The notes under the pieces were generated by a model. It was not told the DNA's origin. It searched no databases and saw nothing but the letters and a program-made list of their open reading frames with translations. DNA of 58,906 bases, counting the filler, from Porpidia crustulata (lineage: Eukaryota), in NCBI GenBank assembly GCA_964255105.1. It is 8 parts of 8 records of this genome, joined end to end, with 100 filler letters (N's around TTAATTAATTAA, not from the genome) between each part and the next. Parts side by side here need not be neighbours in the genome. Positions count along the whole stretch, not along the records: positions 1 to 7,299 come from CAXUWE010001360.1; positions 7,400 to 14,692 come from CAXUWE010001361.1; 6 more parts are not named here. One strand, 5' to 3'. Made by a program: the position numbers and the translations under genes. Shown piece after piece: positions 1 through 12,014 of the stretch. How positions within the stretch are numbered: the stretch's first letter is position 1; each line of letters begins with the position of its first letter.

Positions 1-1
1 G

Positions 2-15
2 CCCTAACCCTAACC
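2..15 (+). repeat. Short telomere-type repeat (CCCTAA x2.3) at the start of contig 1
   Basis: Sequence begins g-CCCTAA-CCCTAA-CC, the ascomycete telomere hexamer in left-end orientation. Too few copies to prove a chromosome end. Confidence 0.45.
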
Positions 16-1128
16 TTGGAGCTTTCGATAGGGTATAGGGAGATGCAACCTATCACTGCCAGCAGGTTCTCGGGGACGGGCCTTGGATGATTGGAATGTT
101 GTTTGTTACACTCAGTAAGTATCTCTCGAATTTTTTAACATTGTCGCGACGATTTATTTCTGAAAAACTAATTCTAACAGGTTAATCTTGAAGTCTGTCG
201 GACTACAACGATTTCACTCAAACAGCCTGTTTTTAGTCTTAACATATTATATATCATATATATCTATCATCATTGTTGTTTTCTTTTCAATCCATGTTTC
301 AACGCACTATTTTCCCTATTTTCCCGGCAGAATACTATAAACACCAACCCAAACATCGAGTCCAGAGAAACTGTAACTTATTCTGTCTGGGGCAGTCAAG
401 ATGTAAGGCTACCGAACGGGAGACCTTCCTTCACCGGCTCAAAGATTAGCTATGCTTGGTAAGTAATAGTTTCAGCCCTTCAAGCTTAGCAATAGCAGAG
501 CATCCATAGCACAGTGATCTCTTGGAGTCACTTCAAGGAGACCCAGAAATCCAGTAGAAATGGGATCTGAGGGGCTTTCTCCAAGGAGTGTGATTCTCCA
601 AGGGATTTGCACCACAGAGCCTATCTCTCCAAGGAGCAAAAGGATCCTGGAAACACTATTCTAAGGGGAGCGGAAAGCTCTTCGGATAACGACGTGCTCC
701 AGTGAGAAGTGTGCTCCGTAGACAAGTTTCCGGACAGAGAAGCGCTCCAAGAAGAAGATGCCCAGAAGACGCTGTTGCTGAGAAGACTTGTGAACACCCA
801 GGCCTATTCCCTCATCTTGTAAATCCATCCCTCTTGAAATCACACTACGCTCGACTGGCCATTTAATCTTTTGACATCCGGAGGTTGAAAGTTGAAGTCT
901 GGTTCATTCACGATCACCCTTTGTATTCCACATTGTCTCCACGACGCGGTTGACGCGATGCCGGTGAGCGCCTGTATTACTAGTAGCGAGCGTCCTGCCG
1001 TACAGGCTGACTGTATTGGACATAGCAGTTCCATAGATTCGTAGTCAGCACCGCGTATAGATGAGCCTTGCCGCCAGAAATTGGCCACTGGCATTTTATC
1101 GAGTCAAAGCCATAGACTCTTTTGCGTA

Positions 1129-3340
1129 TCAGAAAATGCTCCAGAATTGGGTCCATTCCACTGTCTGATAGATCTCTGGCTTCGCCATCCGCAAGCTCGC
1201 AAATGCCTCTACGAAGAGATACAACCTGAGTAAGAGATCACCAAGAAGGATGGCAAGATACCATTTGAAAGGATGTAGTCCAGAACATGCAGCGGGCTAC
1301 ATACGACCATCATCCACAAACGCTTATCCATCAACAGCTTCCTCATTACCGAACTAAGCCCTGCCAACGCCCTTATGAACGGTATTCCAAGAATCGGGAA
1401 CAGGACAATTGCCAATCCTGATGCATGCCATATTGTGCGCTCAATACTTGTTGGAAAGTGAGAGTTCCATGCGGTCAGATGGAAAGGATCGTATGACGAG
1501 ATGAGTAAAGTAAGCCATCCACCCCAGTCTTTGGAAGGTAAGAGTGCGTCGAAGATGCGATCCAAACGCCTGCGAAGTGTCGTTACGAATGTAGGGCTGA
1601 AAAGTTCATAATCTAGATGCCTACCCAAATCATCTAAATCGGGCGTGAGAAATGTAGGGCGTTGCTCGATCGCATGGCCTCTATGTACGTAATAAGGAAA
1701 GTGAAGATTGTTGGATCTAAGGCGTCGAGTAGCAAATTGAGCCAAGGTAAATGTTGTGCTTACGTGTGGGTCTTTGATGTCGATGGGGACGTTGATGTCG
1801 GTTGTTCGATGGCTTTTTGACTCTGGTCCGTCGATCGAAGTTTTTGGGGTAGACGTCTGGGTGACGGCTCGTGACTTACCTCTTGGAGTGGCTACTGTGG
1901 GTATGAATGTTCGTGGAGGAAGCCGAGGAGACAACTCGTCTTCAGTTGCTATTGATTTTCGTTGATGGCTATTGAGTAAGGTTTTCGAGTCCTCCAACAT
2001 GGTGTAAGATTTAGGGGGTGGCATGGTCAATGTTTCTATCGCCGAGTCGTCTTTGGCTATCCGAGAAGGCAATGGATCCGTCGTTAATTGCTCGTCTGCG
2101 CTTTTCAGGTGACTGTCACACACCGACTGTTCTTCCGATGCAGATGAGGATTTGGGAACCTCAATAGGTAACCCATTGTTCACTGCGCAACTAAAACTTG
2201 GATCTTTGCTAGTCTTTGCTGGTTTGAGCTCGTCGATTAAGACACATTTGAGCGCCTCCTTGCTTTTCTCATGATCAGCTTTTCGAGTCGGGTCTTCGAT
2301 GGGTATCTTATGCAGCGTAAAGAGAGCTGCAGCTTGGACGACACGGGTCTCAGTCAAAACGACGGGTGATAGTGGGTTATAAGGTTTTGCAAACCAAAAA
2401 AGATACATCAGAAGGGCGACAAGGACATGTGCTAAGACATGGATTTCGAGTAGTGACAGTGGCAAACCTTGAGCGACTCTTGCGATAGACTGAACGATGG
2501 ACCATCCAGCTTGCATGCAGATCAGTACTTTGGTTATCGGGTCTGCTTTGGGTTTATCATCGATCATTCCTTGAGAAACGGGATCAAGGAGACCGAGCCT
2601 GGCAAGCTCTACTGCGCCCGTCGGCGTGACTGTCAGATAACATTCGTCATGAAAAGACTTGGTCTCCACAGCAAGCCCACCAGCAACTATGAAGTATGAC
2701 TGACGCAAAGTGTACTAGGTAGCTCTCTTTGCTTTACTTTCTGACCTTGTAGAAAGAAACTGTTTGTATACTGTCCGAATAAAGCCGAATGAGAGACAAG
2801 CCTGCTGCTTCCTCGAATGGACGCCCATTTCCAGTTCATTGAGGGTCCCTGATCTTCGGATAGCCTTTGCAAGAGGAGGATAAGCACCAGTGCTATCCGT
2901 ACGCGAGAATCCCTGTACGTCGTTATCAATGGTCTGCGAGGCTTGACGTTCATGGTTTGGAGGAATGGGATTTTCAGACTCCTTGATACTTTCTTTGCAG
3001 CGCTCACACTCATACCCCTATACGAGCTTGAGCCGGACGACAGGTATAAATCAATAGTATCACTCACAACCTCCTCAAGATGGTTAAGCTGAAATTGTAG
3101 TTGCCTTGCAATTCTAAGCTGGGATGCAGCGAGGATGAGCATAACTTCTGGTCCCACACTGGCGAACCATGACACGCCAATGCGTTGCGAGAATGACCTC
3201 CAGATACTTCTCCGCGGTTATATGTTGAGATGCAAGGCAGTATATACGCACAGGAAGAGGGTCACGAGGCAGGTCTGGATCAACCCCCAAGTACCTCTGC
3301 CGGCAGGTTCACTCATCCAAGCAACAGATGCAGAAGACAT
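1129..3340 (-). pseudogene. Fungal multi-pass membrane protein of unknown function, disrupted
   Basis: ATG 3340 gives MSSASVAWMSEPAGRGTWGLIQTCLVTLFLCVYTALHLNI, then in-frame TAA (3218-3220). The same frame continues PRRSIW...GPEVMLILAASQ. Core in ORF 1209-2708 (YFIVAGGL, IDDKPKADPITKVLICMQAGW, PLSLLEIHVLAH, WFAKP, FHLTAWNSHFPTSIERTIW). The family-type C-terminus LRLYLFVEAFASLR...YQTVEWTQF lies in another frame (frameshift near 1230) and ends at TGA 1129-1131. Confidence 0.8.
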
Positions 3341-4138
3341 ACTTGGGATACAATAGTCTAAACAAGGATAACAAAGCTTGCTAATATCGAAAAATATCAA
3401 GAAGTTGACAGAATATGTATCTACGAAAGAGAAGAGATGAGTCTGCAGTTAGGTAAGACAGCCTTGTCGGCGTCCAGGTGTGAGGTAGCAGAGAGGGCGG
3501 CAACGAGCCACGATACAAAGGGTTAAGGATACAGTAACCTACAACCCCAACCCTAGATGAGGTGGCTGGTTGCTAGGTAAATACGAGTAAGCTCTGCTTG
3601 CAGGAGACGGCATTTCATCTGAGGATGACAGCGTCTATTGTGTTCAGCTTCCCGACCTTTTGGCGAAGATGAAAATATATAGAGTACGTTGTGATTAGGG
3701 GACTCTAAAACGAGAATAGCCGATGCTGAACCCATTCGTTCAGCGCCATCTAGTCAACAGCCGAACTTCAAGTTCCTGATTTGCTGTCATCTGCTGCGCC
3801 TTGCACACAAGAAAGCCGCGCCTACATGTGTGTGTCTACACTACTCGTTTCAATGCTTTCGCAAGATTCATTATATTAAGCATTTGCCAGTCTCCTTCCA
3901 CACTGCCGTCCAATGCATACGAGACCCCTTGATGCCTACGGGTCTTAGATAGGTATGGTGTTGTCCGAGGACTAGTGCAAAAGACGTCATTCTTCGAAGA
4001 CGTTAGCTAGAAAGGGCTCGTAATCTTGTATATTAAATGAAAATATAACGGAGGGAACGCGCAGGTCATGAAATATACTGCAGTCCGTTTGTCCTTCTCC
4101 CATAACACGAAAATTTACAGAGTCCAAGACATACTTCC

Positions 4139-5944
4139 TCAATCAAAGCCACTATGCGGAGCAGGCCACTGTCCCTGACGATTTTCCATCGTTGGTGAAG
4201 ATTGAGTGCCGGCTCGTTTGCGCAGACCACGTTCAAATTCCTTGGTCATATGGCTTATCTGCTCAATTTCTCGAAGACCTTCTTGGAAGGCTGGGGAATC
4301 ATGGGAAAGAGCTAGACCCGTGTGTAGGATCTGATGTCTGGCATTAATGGAGTCAAAGGAGCCTGTGATTCGAGGGAATAACACGAATGATTTCGAGGGC
4401 AATTTAGCCGTGAGGGACTCGCTGGGCGAGTTAACGGCATCGGGGCTGTTCGCGGGCTGGTAATGAACAAAATCCCATTTCTGCCGGTCATCAGTCGAGG
4501 GCTCGTAGTCCCAATGGATTCGACAACTGTCTCTCCGAAGGGCACTCCAGATTGTGACAGCCAGATTAGCAATAGCAGTCAGCTTGGCACGTAATTGAAG
4601 CTCGCTCGGGTTCTGAAAATATCGAAGTTTGCCCAGAATAGCCTGCACAATATCGAGCTCATCAGGTTTAGTAGATATGTTGGACGTTCCGGAATGACCA
4701 TGTGGATTCAGACGATCGAGTTTATCAATCGTAGTCATCTGCCAGGATAACTCTTGACTCGGATTCACGGGCTGGATTTCCGAGATCGCATTGAGGATGA
4801 AATCTATGGATTGTAGTCTAGACGGGTACTCTACTACTGTCGCAGGTTCAGCAAAATATCGCCGCTGTATGATAGAGATCATCTCCGATGACATGAAGTC
4901 CTGGATAGCGTATGCCCTTAAGCAGGTGGAAACAGCACTCTCGGAAGACAAGAGCGGATATTCGAAAATACCACTAGCCTTGCACAATTGGTCTCGAATA
5001 ACATCACTGTCTAGCTACGAGAAGTGTCAATGGTACTGCAACCACACCTCCACTAGGCCTACATACCGACTTTGCATCCTCCGGCAAGAATATGAAATCA
5101 TTTAGCGCTACGTCTTGAATGCGCTCGAACAATTTATGGAAGCCGTCGATACTGAGATTCTCAGTCAGTGATGCAGTGGGAACTTGAGAAAGATCAATTG
5201 TTACTAGAATTGAGGTGTCTGCACCGAGACCGTGGAGAGCGCTTTAATTTGGCTTAATTCCAATTCGATGCTCCTGATGTATGATTGGGAACTTCTTTTT
5301 TCAATTTGAAAACTCTCTTTTTGCTCGTCAACGTTCTTCTGACACTGTAAGTTCTTTTCCTCCAGTGTCCTAACGGCGCCTTGAAGTGCGTTGTTCTCCG
5401 TCTCTAAGATTTTGATCTTCTTCTCAAGCTCCTCCCTCGTCCGCTTCATCCTAGCTACAGCTTTCTCCGAAAGAATTTTTTTTGCTTCCTCTATCTCTTC
5501 TGCCTTTTGTCTTTGCATATCTGAATGCATTGCCGTACGTGTGTTATCCATACTTGCCTTTTCCGTTTCGAGCTTCTCCCGGTCCAATTCAAGCTGGTGG
5601 ACGCCAGCTTTGTACGAGTCGTTTTCGTCTAAAAGTCTCGCCATCTCTTGATCCTTTCGAACAGTGAGGCCGGTCACCATGGTTTCGAGCTCATCGATCC
5701 GAGCCTGCTGGTTAATGCTAATACCATATACCCTCTCGACATTATCGATCTCTTCGTGATATGCGTGCATAAAGCACAGGATCTTGGATACATGGCGCAC
5801 GGCGTCTATGCCAACGTCTATATCCTCTTGCGTCAGGTCTCGAAGACTGGTTTGGGACGAACTTCTCGTCGTCTTTGCCTTTGGTCTGCCTTTTCCATTT
5901 GAGTGGGTGTTCCCGTTCCTTTCGGTCGAGTCCCTGGGTCCCAT
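4139..5944 (-). CDS. Hypothetical protein with long N-terminal coiled coil, 3 exons
   Basis: ATG 5944 (MGPRDSTERNG), E/K/Q-rich heptad region to ~5205, GTAACA donor, middle exon (YIDGFHKLFERIQD...AKS), GTATGT donor, TAG acceptor joining in frame to ORF 4139-4987. Splicing restores one continuous frame. Confidence 0.75.
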
Positions 5945-7299
5945 CTTTAGGGAAGTGAGTCCCGGAGGATTAGACGACTTGGTTCTCAGCACAGGTCCTC
6001 GCACATGAAAGCGGAAAAGTGAGGGAGAACGACGACGTGATAATTCAAAGTGAGACTGAAATGGAAGAGAGACATACGCTGGAGATCCGACTGGACGTCG
6101 CAGATACTGAATCCTTGCTTGTATGAAGATGGCTGAAGACGGCACGAGCAATGATCTTGCTTTTGGAAATAGAATTGTCACGCTTCTTTGGAGGCTTTGG
6201 GATGTAAATATGCCTGCCCATGGAAGTTCATGCCCGCCAGTGTAGGCATAGAAGGATGCGAGAACGGCTGGAGCATAGCCAAGTCAATAAATTCTCAGTC
6301 GATTTTCCTCAACCACAACTGCGGCTCTTCGGGGAAGCTGTTCATCGCTCCGTCACGTCTAGCAGAATAAAGGTGCCCATTGATGTACCGTCGATGGGTC
6401 ATCACGTTGCCACGTCCAATGTTATGGATGCTTCTTTTGTTATCATGCATTTTGTCACAGTATCGTATGCACGACTTGCCGAAAATGGGTTTGGGTAAAG
6501 AGCGGGCTCAAATACGAAATGACCACGTCGAGAAGTTCATATGCACTGCATCGGTCGTGTGGAGGAGGGAGGGAAGGACGAATGAAAGATTAGCTGTATA
6601 TATAGGTGTGGGTAGCACAAGGCTTTCGTTCAAGCGAAATGATTGGCTAAGGTAGGTTGGAAAGACAAAGCCTCCAATAGCATTCCATCTTCTCCTCTCG
6701 ACTAATTGTCGGCACTGCGTATATCGTAGCGATATTCGAACATTTCCATGCCTAAGCCTGTTGTAAAGCTCAATTTCTGCTTTTAAAGATATGATCGATA
6801 AGGATTACGTCTTTATCTTATGCGTACGAGTGCCAAGCTTTCAGGTCATGTGTTTCTGATCGTAACAAAGAAGCACGATGTCACGCTGTATTGATCTGAC
6901 AAAAAATACCTGATACATTTCCCAACAAAAGCACTGGCAATTGCAGGACAATCGCAATGATTGAGGATGTCATGCTTTGAAGATTGGAATCCGGCGAAGC
7001 GTTCTGAGCCCCCCTCGGCCTCGAACCACGTTGATACATACGGCAAAGATGTAGTCGATAGGTTTTGGTGTTTTACTTCTGTGAGGATTGATAGGGTGAT
7101 GATAAGTTGTGGAGGGTGGAAACCATGCGGACGGGTGCGGTAGTTGATACTGGATTGCTTTTGGATAGGTAGATGGAGTGCCGGGAGAGGTTTGGATTTG
7201 AATTGGAGGTTGCAGAGTACGTTGACTTTTTCAGGAGAAGGATGTATGGTTGAGAATAGCTGGTAGTATGTGGGGGACGTGAACGTATATCCCATAGTT

Positions 7300-7399
7300 N
7301 NNNNNNNNNNNNNNNNNNNNNNNNNNNNNNNNNNNNNNNNNNNTTAATTAATTAANNNNNNNNNNNNNNNNNNNNNNNNNNNNNNNNNNNNNNNNNNNN
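7300..7399. other. Artificial contig spacer (44 N + TTAATTAATTAA + 44 N)
   Basis: Identical 100-bp block with a six-frame stop linker, present seven times in the window. Confidence 0.98.
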
Positions 7400-8381
7400 G
7401 TGGGTGAGAAGGGGGGGGGATGTGCTGTGAAAATACTGCAACAGCCTGGAAGAAGTTACTCTTTCAGCAGTAAGCCGAATTAAAGCTCAGCTGAGGAGTC
7501 GCAACACATGAAGTCTTTCGTTTTATTTGCGGTCCCTGACGATAGCGGGCAAACGGTCTGGTCTGACTCAAAAATGAGATTCCAACGACGAGTAGTTGGC
7601 TACAGGTTCTGGCTACCCTCTAATGAATTTTCGTAATAAGAATTTCGGTGTAATTTTACTGACTTGATTTGAGAATAAATAGATCCTTTCTACCTGCACA
7701 AAGACGCCGAAAAGGGGTCGGAAAGGGGGAAGGGGATGGGTTGGAATTTTACGTAGCATTCCCAATAGAAGAAAAGAAAAAAGAAAGCGAGCTTTGCTGG
7801 GATCTGGAGGTCTTCGAATGAATTGGTGTGATGGCGAGATTGAAGACACTTCTCAATGTTCAGAAGGATTGCAATGTGTAGAAGCTGTAGCTTATAAGAG
7901 TTGTTGTGTCCCTCAGCTTCTTCACTTGTTCAATTTCATTCCCCATCGGTACCGCCCAAATGTAAGGTAACCACATAACACCACTGTACATAGAGCTCCA
8001 GGCAATTGCATCGATTGGCAATCGGCACTGTAGCTTGTAGGGCGCACCTATTCTCCGAAAAGGACATATGCACCGGCAAAAAAGTGAGTGATGCGTTGGA
8101 CAGCTCTGTGTATAGAACCTTCCCTCGTACGGACTCAGACCGTGCTGACTGTCCATCCAGAGCAGGTTCTACTCGAATGAGAAGACCACCCGGCAACAGT
8201 AACAACTGCACGCACTGTGTCATCATTGTTCGGATCGAGAGAAGCGTGCTTCACGAAACCAGTGACAACTTTGCCACGGCTTCGAGCAAGACGCACGTCG
8301 TTCCAAAAGGCCAGTGATAGTATTCACTTCGGTCCTGCCTTTTCATTTGTCATTCTCTTTTCGTTTTTCCTTTGTTATCTT

Positions 8382-8465
8382 TTTCCTTTGTGTGATTTCC
8401 TTTGTGTGATTTCCTTTGTGTGATTTCCTTTGTGTGATGTCCTTTGTGTGATTTCCTTTGTGTGA
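8382..8465 (+). repeat. Minisatellite, 14-bp unit TTTCCTTTGTGTGA x6
   Basis: Six head-to-tail copies, one with a T>G variant (8438-8451). No unique spacers. Confidence 0.93.
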
Positions 8466-9113
8466 TTTTCCCTCGAGGACTCAAGGATTCCAAAGTGTCA
8501 TCCTGCTGAGAGCAGTGCCTTCAGGCCTGTATCGATGATGATACTTTAGTGCTTGTATGAGACGAGAGGAAGAGGACCGATACGGTTGATTTGAGGCGGG
8601 CTTCGGCTAATTCTAATTGTGCGCTAAGCTAGCCCCTTCACCCTTTCACATGCCGGTCGAGTCACGGCTACGCAACACCATCACGGTACGTCGGTACCTA
8701 TCACCTATTCACGTGCTATTCTGCCATTAGACCATCAATCTCTTTGAATAATAGGCTTTATATTAGCAATGATCTGGGTTAACACTGAATACCAAAGTCC
8801 ACTTGCGCTGCCTGCCCTGAATCTGCTTCTAACCCTCTTTGCAACTCAAGCGACGGACAAAGAAATGTATGTGCCAGAAGTCAAGCCCGTCATTCGTTCC
8901 CCCCTTTTTGGGAGAAAAGTAAAAAGAAAGAAGAAAGGATCCCCCATGTACTCCTACGCTCGCTCATATCAACCAACATATGCATGAGCTTCCTATTTCT
9001 TTTTTTTTTGCTCACGAGTGAAATTTTACATCAAATCATCTCTTGCTGCCTGGAATCCGCGATTGCCACCGCTCTCATGACTTCCGCTCGTATCCGACAC
9101 CTAGACGGAACAA

Positions 9114-12014
9114 TCACCTCAATCCCCTACTTCGCTCGCTCGCGCGGCTCGGACTTGTCCTACTTCGTTCATCCTCCTCCAGCACATCGCTCAGCCGCGT
9201 CGGATGGTGATGCCTGGGCATCGCCTCCCAGCCTGGCCCATACCCGCTGCCATCGTACGCTTGTTGCCCCTGAACCGCCGGCTGCTGGCCCACACCCCCG
9301 CTTCGTCCACCAATATTGTTGTTTCCTCCGCTGTTAGTGGTGGTAATTATAGTAGTTGTGGTAGGACCACGTCCGTATTCAACACCGGCAATGCCGCTAC
9401 CGTAGCTGCGACCGTACATCCTTTCTCGTTCTAGTGCCTCCTGCACATCATACTCGTCACTGTCTTCGCTCCCTCCAAATCCCTGCACGCGGCGCTGGTA
9501 CGGACGTCTAATCTCGCCGTTCTCATCGAGCTCTGGGTCATCTTCGCTGAGGGTGTCATTAGTGGCGTAGGAGCGGTCATCTGTGTGCTCGGTGGTGTGG
9601 ATGCGAGGATCAGGGTCCTCGGGATTGAGAGAGGCGGATTCGTGTTGGTAAAAGGATGATGGAGGCTGGCTGGTTGTAGCGGTAGGGGTTTGCTGGGTAA
9701 GGGGGGAAGCAGGGCCGTAACGGAGATAAGTTCCTGTATTCGAAGAGGCAGGGGCTTGGGTTGTCGGAGCTTGGAGCGTGGGGTAGATGATGTCCTTTGG
9801 AGCTTGGGTGCTGGTTGGAGCGTTTGGTGGTTCTTGAGACTGGGAGGCAGTTGATGGAAGAGGGGGAAGGTCAGGCTCGCTTTGTGGCGCCGCTCGACCG
9901 CTTTCAGTGAAGGGGTCGGTGTCGGTTTCAGATCGTGTGGGGTCGTAAGTAGTGTAGCCTGGTTCGTCTTCTTCGACTGCTTCTCTCTGGGCAGAGCTTG
10001 TACTTGGGCCCCCTGGGTATGGACCTTCTCTGGTAGAGGGTCGATTGGTACTTTCCTGTCTACTAGGGGCGCCTTGCATCATTGGTACCACTTGGACGCC
10101 TCCAACTAGAGTGGGCTCGCCAGCTCTAAGAGAAGTAGTGCGATCACGCTCCTCTTGCTCCCTACGCCCCAACTCCTCCCACGCCCTTCGAGCCTCTTGT
10201 TTGGAAATGTCTAATTCTCGCCTCATCTCTTTCACCATCTGTTCTGCTGTGGACTTTGTTTGAGACGACGTATTCTTTTCGGTTTCTACCTGGCTGAGAT
10301 CGGCAATGGCTTTGGCACGAGCCTCTTGTTCCTTTTCGAGGGCCTTCTCCAGCCTAGCCTGCTTTTCTCGAGTTCGTTCTTGCTCTGCTCTGGTCTCGAA
10401 GAACCATCGCTGGAACTTCCGTTCGGAGGACGCTCTCAGGCGTTGCAACTCAACCACTGCATGGAATAGGTTTGCGCCGGCCGCGGACAGGTCTGTTACT
10501 TGTCGAGATAGCTGTTGACCGATGGGATCGCGGTCTAGCTCGCGTCCATTTTCCTCCAATCGTTTCATCCAATACGATGTCAAGCCCTCCCAGTGCGACG
10601 ACAGCGTCTCCCATCTTTCAAAAGCATGAGGAAACGTCGACGCGTTAGGATTCCGCGGCTGTGAACCTTGGGGTTGCTCTGCCGTGACTGGAGCAAGCGA
10701 ATTCAGATTAGGCATTGCCTTGGTATTGGTAGAGGGGTTAATCCGTGTTTGGCTTTGAGAATTGACAGCCCCAACAGAGGACGGCTGCCCTGCTTGGGCT
10801 GAAACCGCTCGGCCTGACTGCTGTACAGGCCTCGGCTGTAAAGGTTGTACTACAGTGTTCGCACGAACTCTTCTAGCTGGCTGATAATCGGTACTATTTG
10901 GATCGCCTACGCGCGTAGGTCTTTGCGTCCGACTGGTTGTGGGGGCATATACCGATGGTTGAGATGCTGGTTGAGTTACCGCAGGTGGGGTTCCCTTGAT
11001 ATTAGTGCTGCTGAGGGGATCGGCTGTTCTTCTTTCACTGGTGTCTTGAGGTGGAGGTAATTCAGTCCCCGCGATTCTGGTATCCGACATCACTCCCGAT
11101 CTTCGACTCGGGCCCCCGCTACCATCATTCGCAACGCCAGCAGGCCTGGTCCTTTTTGTATTCAGAATGTCGTCTTCTCGAACCCGTCGTTGTGCGTCCT
11201 CATCCTGTTGCCTCTGCCTTAATTCAAGCTCCGCCTTTTTCTTGGCTTCCCGATCTCTACGCTGTCTCATAATGTCAGTAGGTGTTCGTACGGCAGCTCG
11301 AGACTCTCCAGGAACTCCGGTAGGTCCAAAGGCACTTTGAGAGCCGCCATTCTGTGCACGCCCATTCCCCGATGGTGCAGCAGTAGGCCCTCCACCAGCT
11401 AGATTTGACATTGAAGCGTTTTCCTCCGAAAAATCAGGAGTAAAATCTTTTGGCTTCCGAAGAGCTTCTTCAAGAGTGTATAGGATTGCGAGAGCTGTGC
11501 GCTTTGAAATGTGCGTAGTTCTCTGGGGCCACCAAGAAGATTCCGCTGAAGGTCTCGGGCTAATTCCCGGAGTTGTAGAACCTTCGTCTTCTTCACTTGG
11601 AGGTGATATAGCACGGGCGACGCGTTCACGTCCAGCCAAACGTGGGGGCGCAAATTGAGATCTGCCTTCAGCGACAGCTTGCGGACGGGTATTTGAGGCA
11701 CCTTGCTGTTCGAATCTTGCGGTCCGTCTTAGAGTATGTGCGCTAGTAGATGAGCTGGAAGGGTACGACTGAGGTGTATTCTGATACAATGGTGTTTGGC
11801 GCTGCTGGCGTTGCGGTAATGATTGGGTATTACTTTCGTAAATGTCGTAGGGCTCATCAATCGTACGTTGGCTGTTTCGAGGCAGTGCAAGCAGGGGCAC
11901 AAAGTTCTCTGCAGAGGATAAATGCAATGTGAACTTGATTGGAGTTTTCTTGTCAAAACCAAGATTTTGCCTCGCTCTTGTGTAGGGCTGCTGTTTGTAG
12001 GAGCAACTGTGCAA
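9114..12014 (-). CDS. Large, mostly disordered fungal hypothetical protein with central coiled coil; 5' end uncertain
   Basis: 966-codon open frame. Structured blocks STFPHAFERWETLSSHWEGLTSYW, LSRQVTDLSAAGANLFHAVVELQRLRASSERKFQRWF, ARRAWEELGRREQEER and C-terminal RHHHPTRLSDVLEEDER. The first in-frame ATG is at 11411, but coding-like sequence lies upstream, so a spliced 5' exon is likely. Confidence 0.85.
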   Translation of the reverse strand: MHSCSYKQQPYTRARQNLGFDKKTPIKFTLHLSSAENFVPLLALPRNSQRTIDEPYDIYESNTQSLPQRQQRQTPLYQNTPQSYPSSSSTSAHTLRRTARFEQQGASNTRPQAVAEGRSQFAPPRLAGRERVARAISPPSEEDEGSTTPGISPRPSAESSWWPQRTTHISKRTALAILYTLEEALRKPKDFTPDFSEENASMSNLAGGGPTAAPSGNGRAQNGGSQSAFGPTGVPGESRAAVRTPTDIMRQRRDREAKKKAELELRQRQQDEDAQRRVREDDILNTKRTRPAGVANDGSGGPSRRSGVMSDTRIAGTELPPPQDTSERRTADPLSSTNIKGTPPAVTQPASQPSVYAPTTSRTQRPTRVGDPNSTDYQPARRVRANTVVQPLQPRPVQQSGRAVSAQAGQPSSVGAVNSQSQTRINPSTNTKAMPNLNSLAPVTAEQPQGSQPRNPNASTFPHAFERWETLSSHWEGLTSYWMKRLEENGRELDRDPIGQQLSRQVTDLSAAGANLFHAVVELQRLRASSERKFQRWFFETRAEQERTREKQARLEKALEKEQEARAKAIADLSQVETEKNTSSQTKSTAEQMVKEMRRELDISKQEARRAWEELGRREQEERDRTTSLRAGEPTLVGGVQVVPMMQGAPSRQESTNRPSTREGPYPGGPSTSSAQREAVEEDEPGYTTYDPTRSETDTDPFTESGRAAPQSEPDLPPLPSTASQSQEPPNAPTSTQAPKDIIYPTLQAPTTQAPASSNTGTYLRYGPASPLTQQTPTATTSQPPSSFYQHESASLNPEDPDPRIHTTEHTDDRSYATNDTLSEDDPELDENGEIRRPYQRRVQGFGGSEDSDEYDVQEALERERMYGRSYGSGIAGVEYGRGPTTTTIITTTNSGGNNNIGGRSGGVGQQPAVQGQQAYDGSGYGPGWEAMPRHHHPTRLSDVLEEDERSRTSPSRASERSRGLR

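Noticed and set aside
1..180. Telomerase RNA (template CTAACCCTAA plus a downstream splice site)
   Set aside because: Filamentous-fungal telomerase RNAs have well over 1 kb between the template and the terminal splice site. Here it is ~100 nt, and no conserved structural domain is recognisable.
8382..8465. CRISPR-like array
   Set aside because: The 14-bp units are directly adjacent with no unique spacers, the context is eukaryotic, and there are no cas genes.
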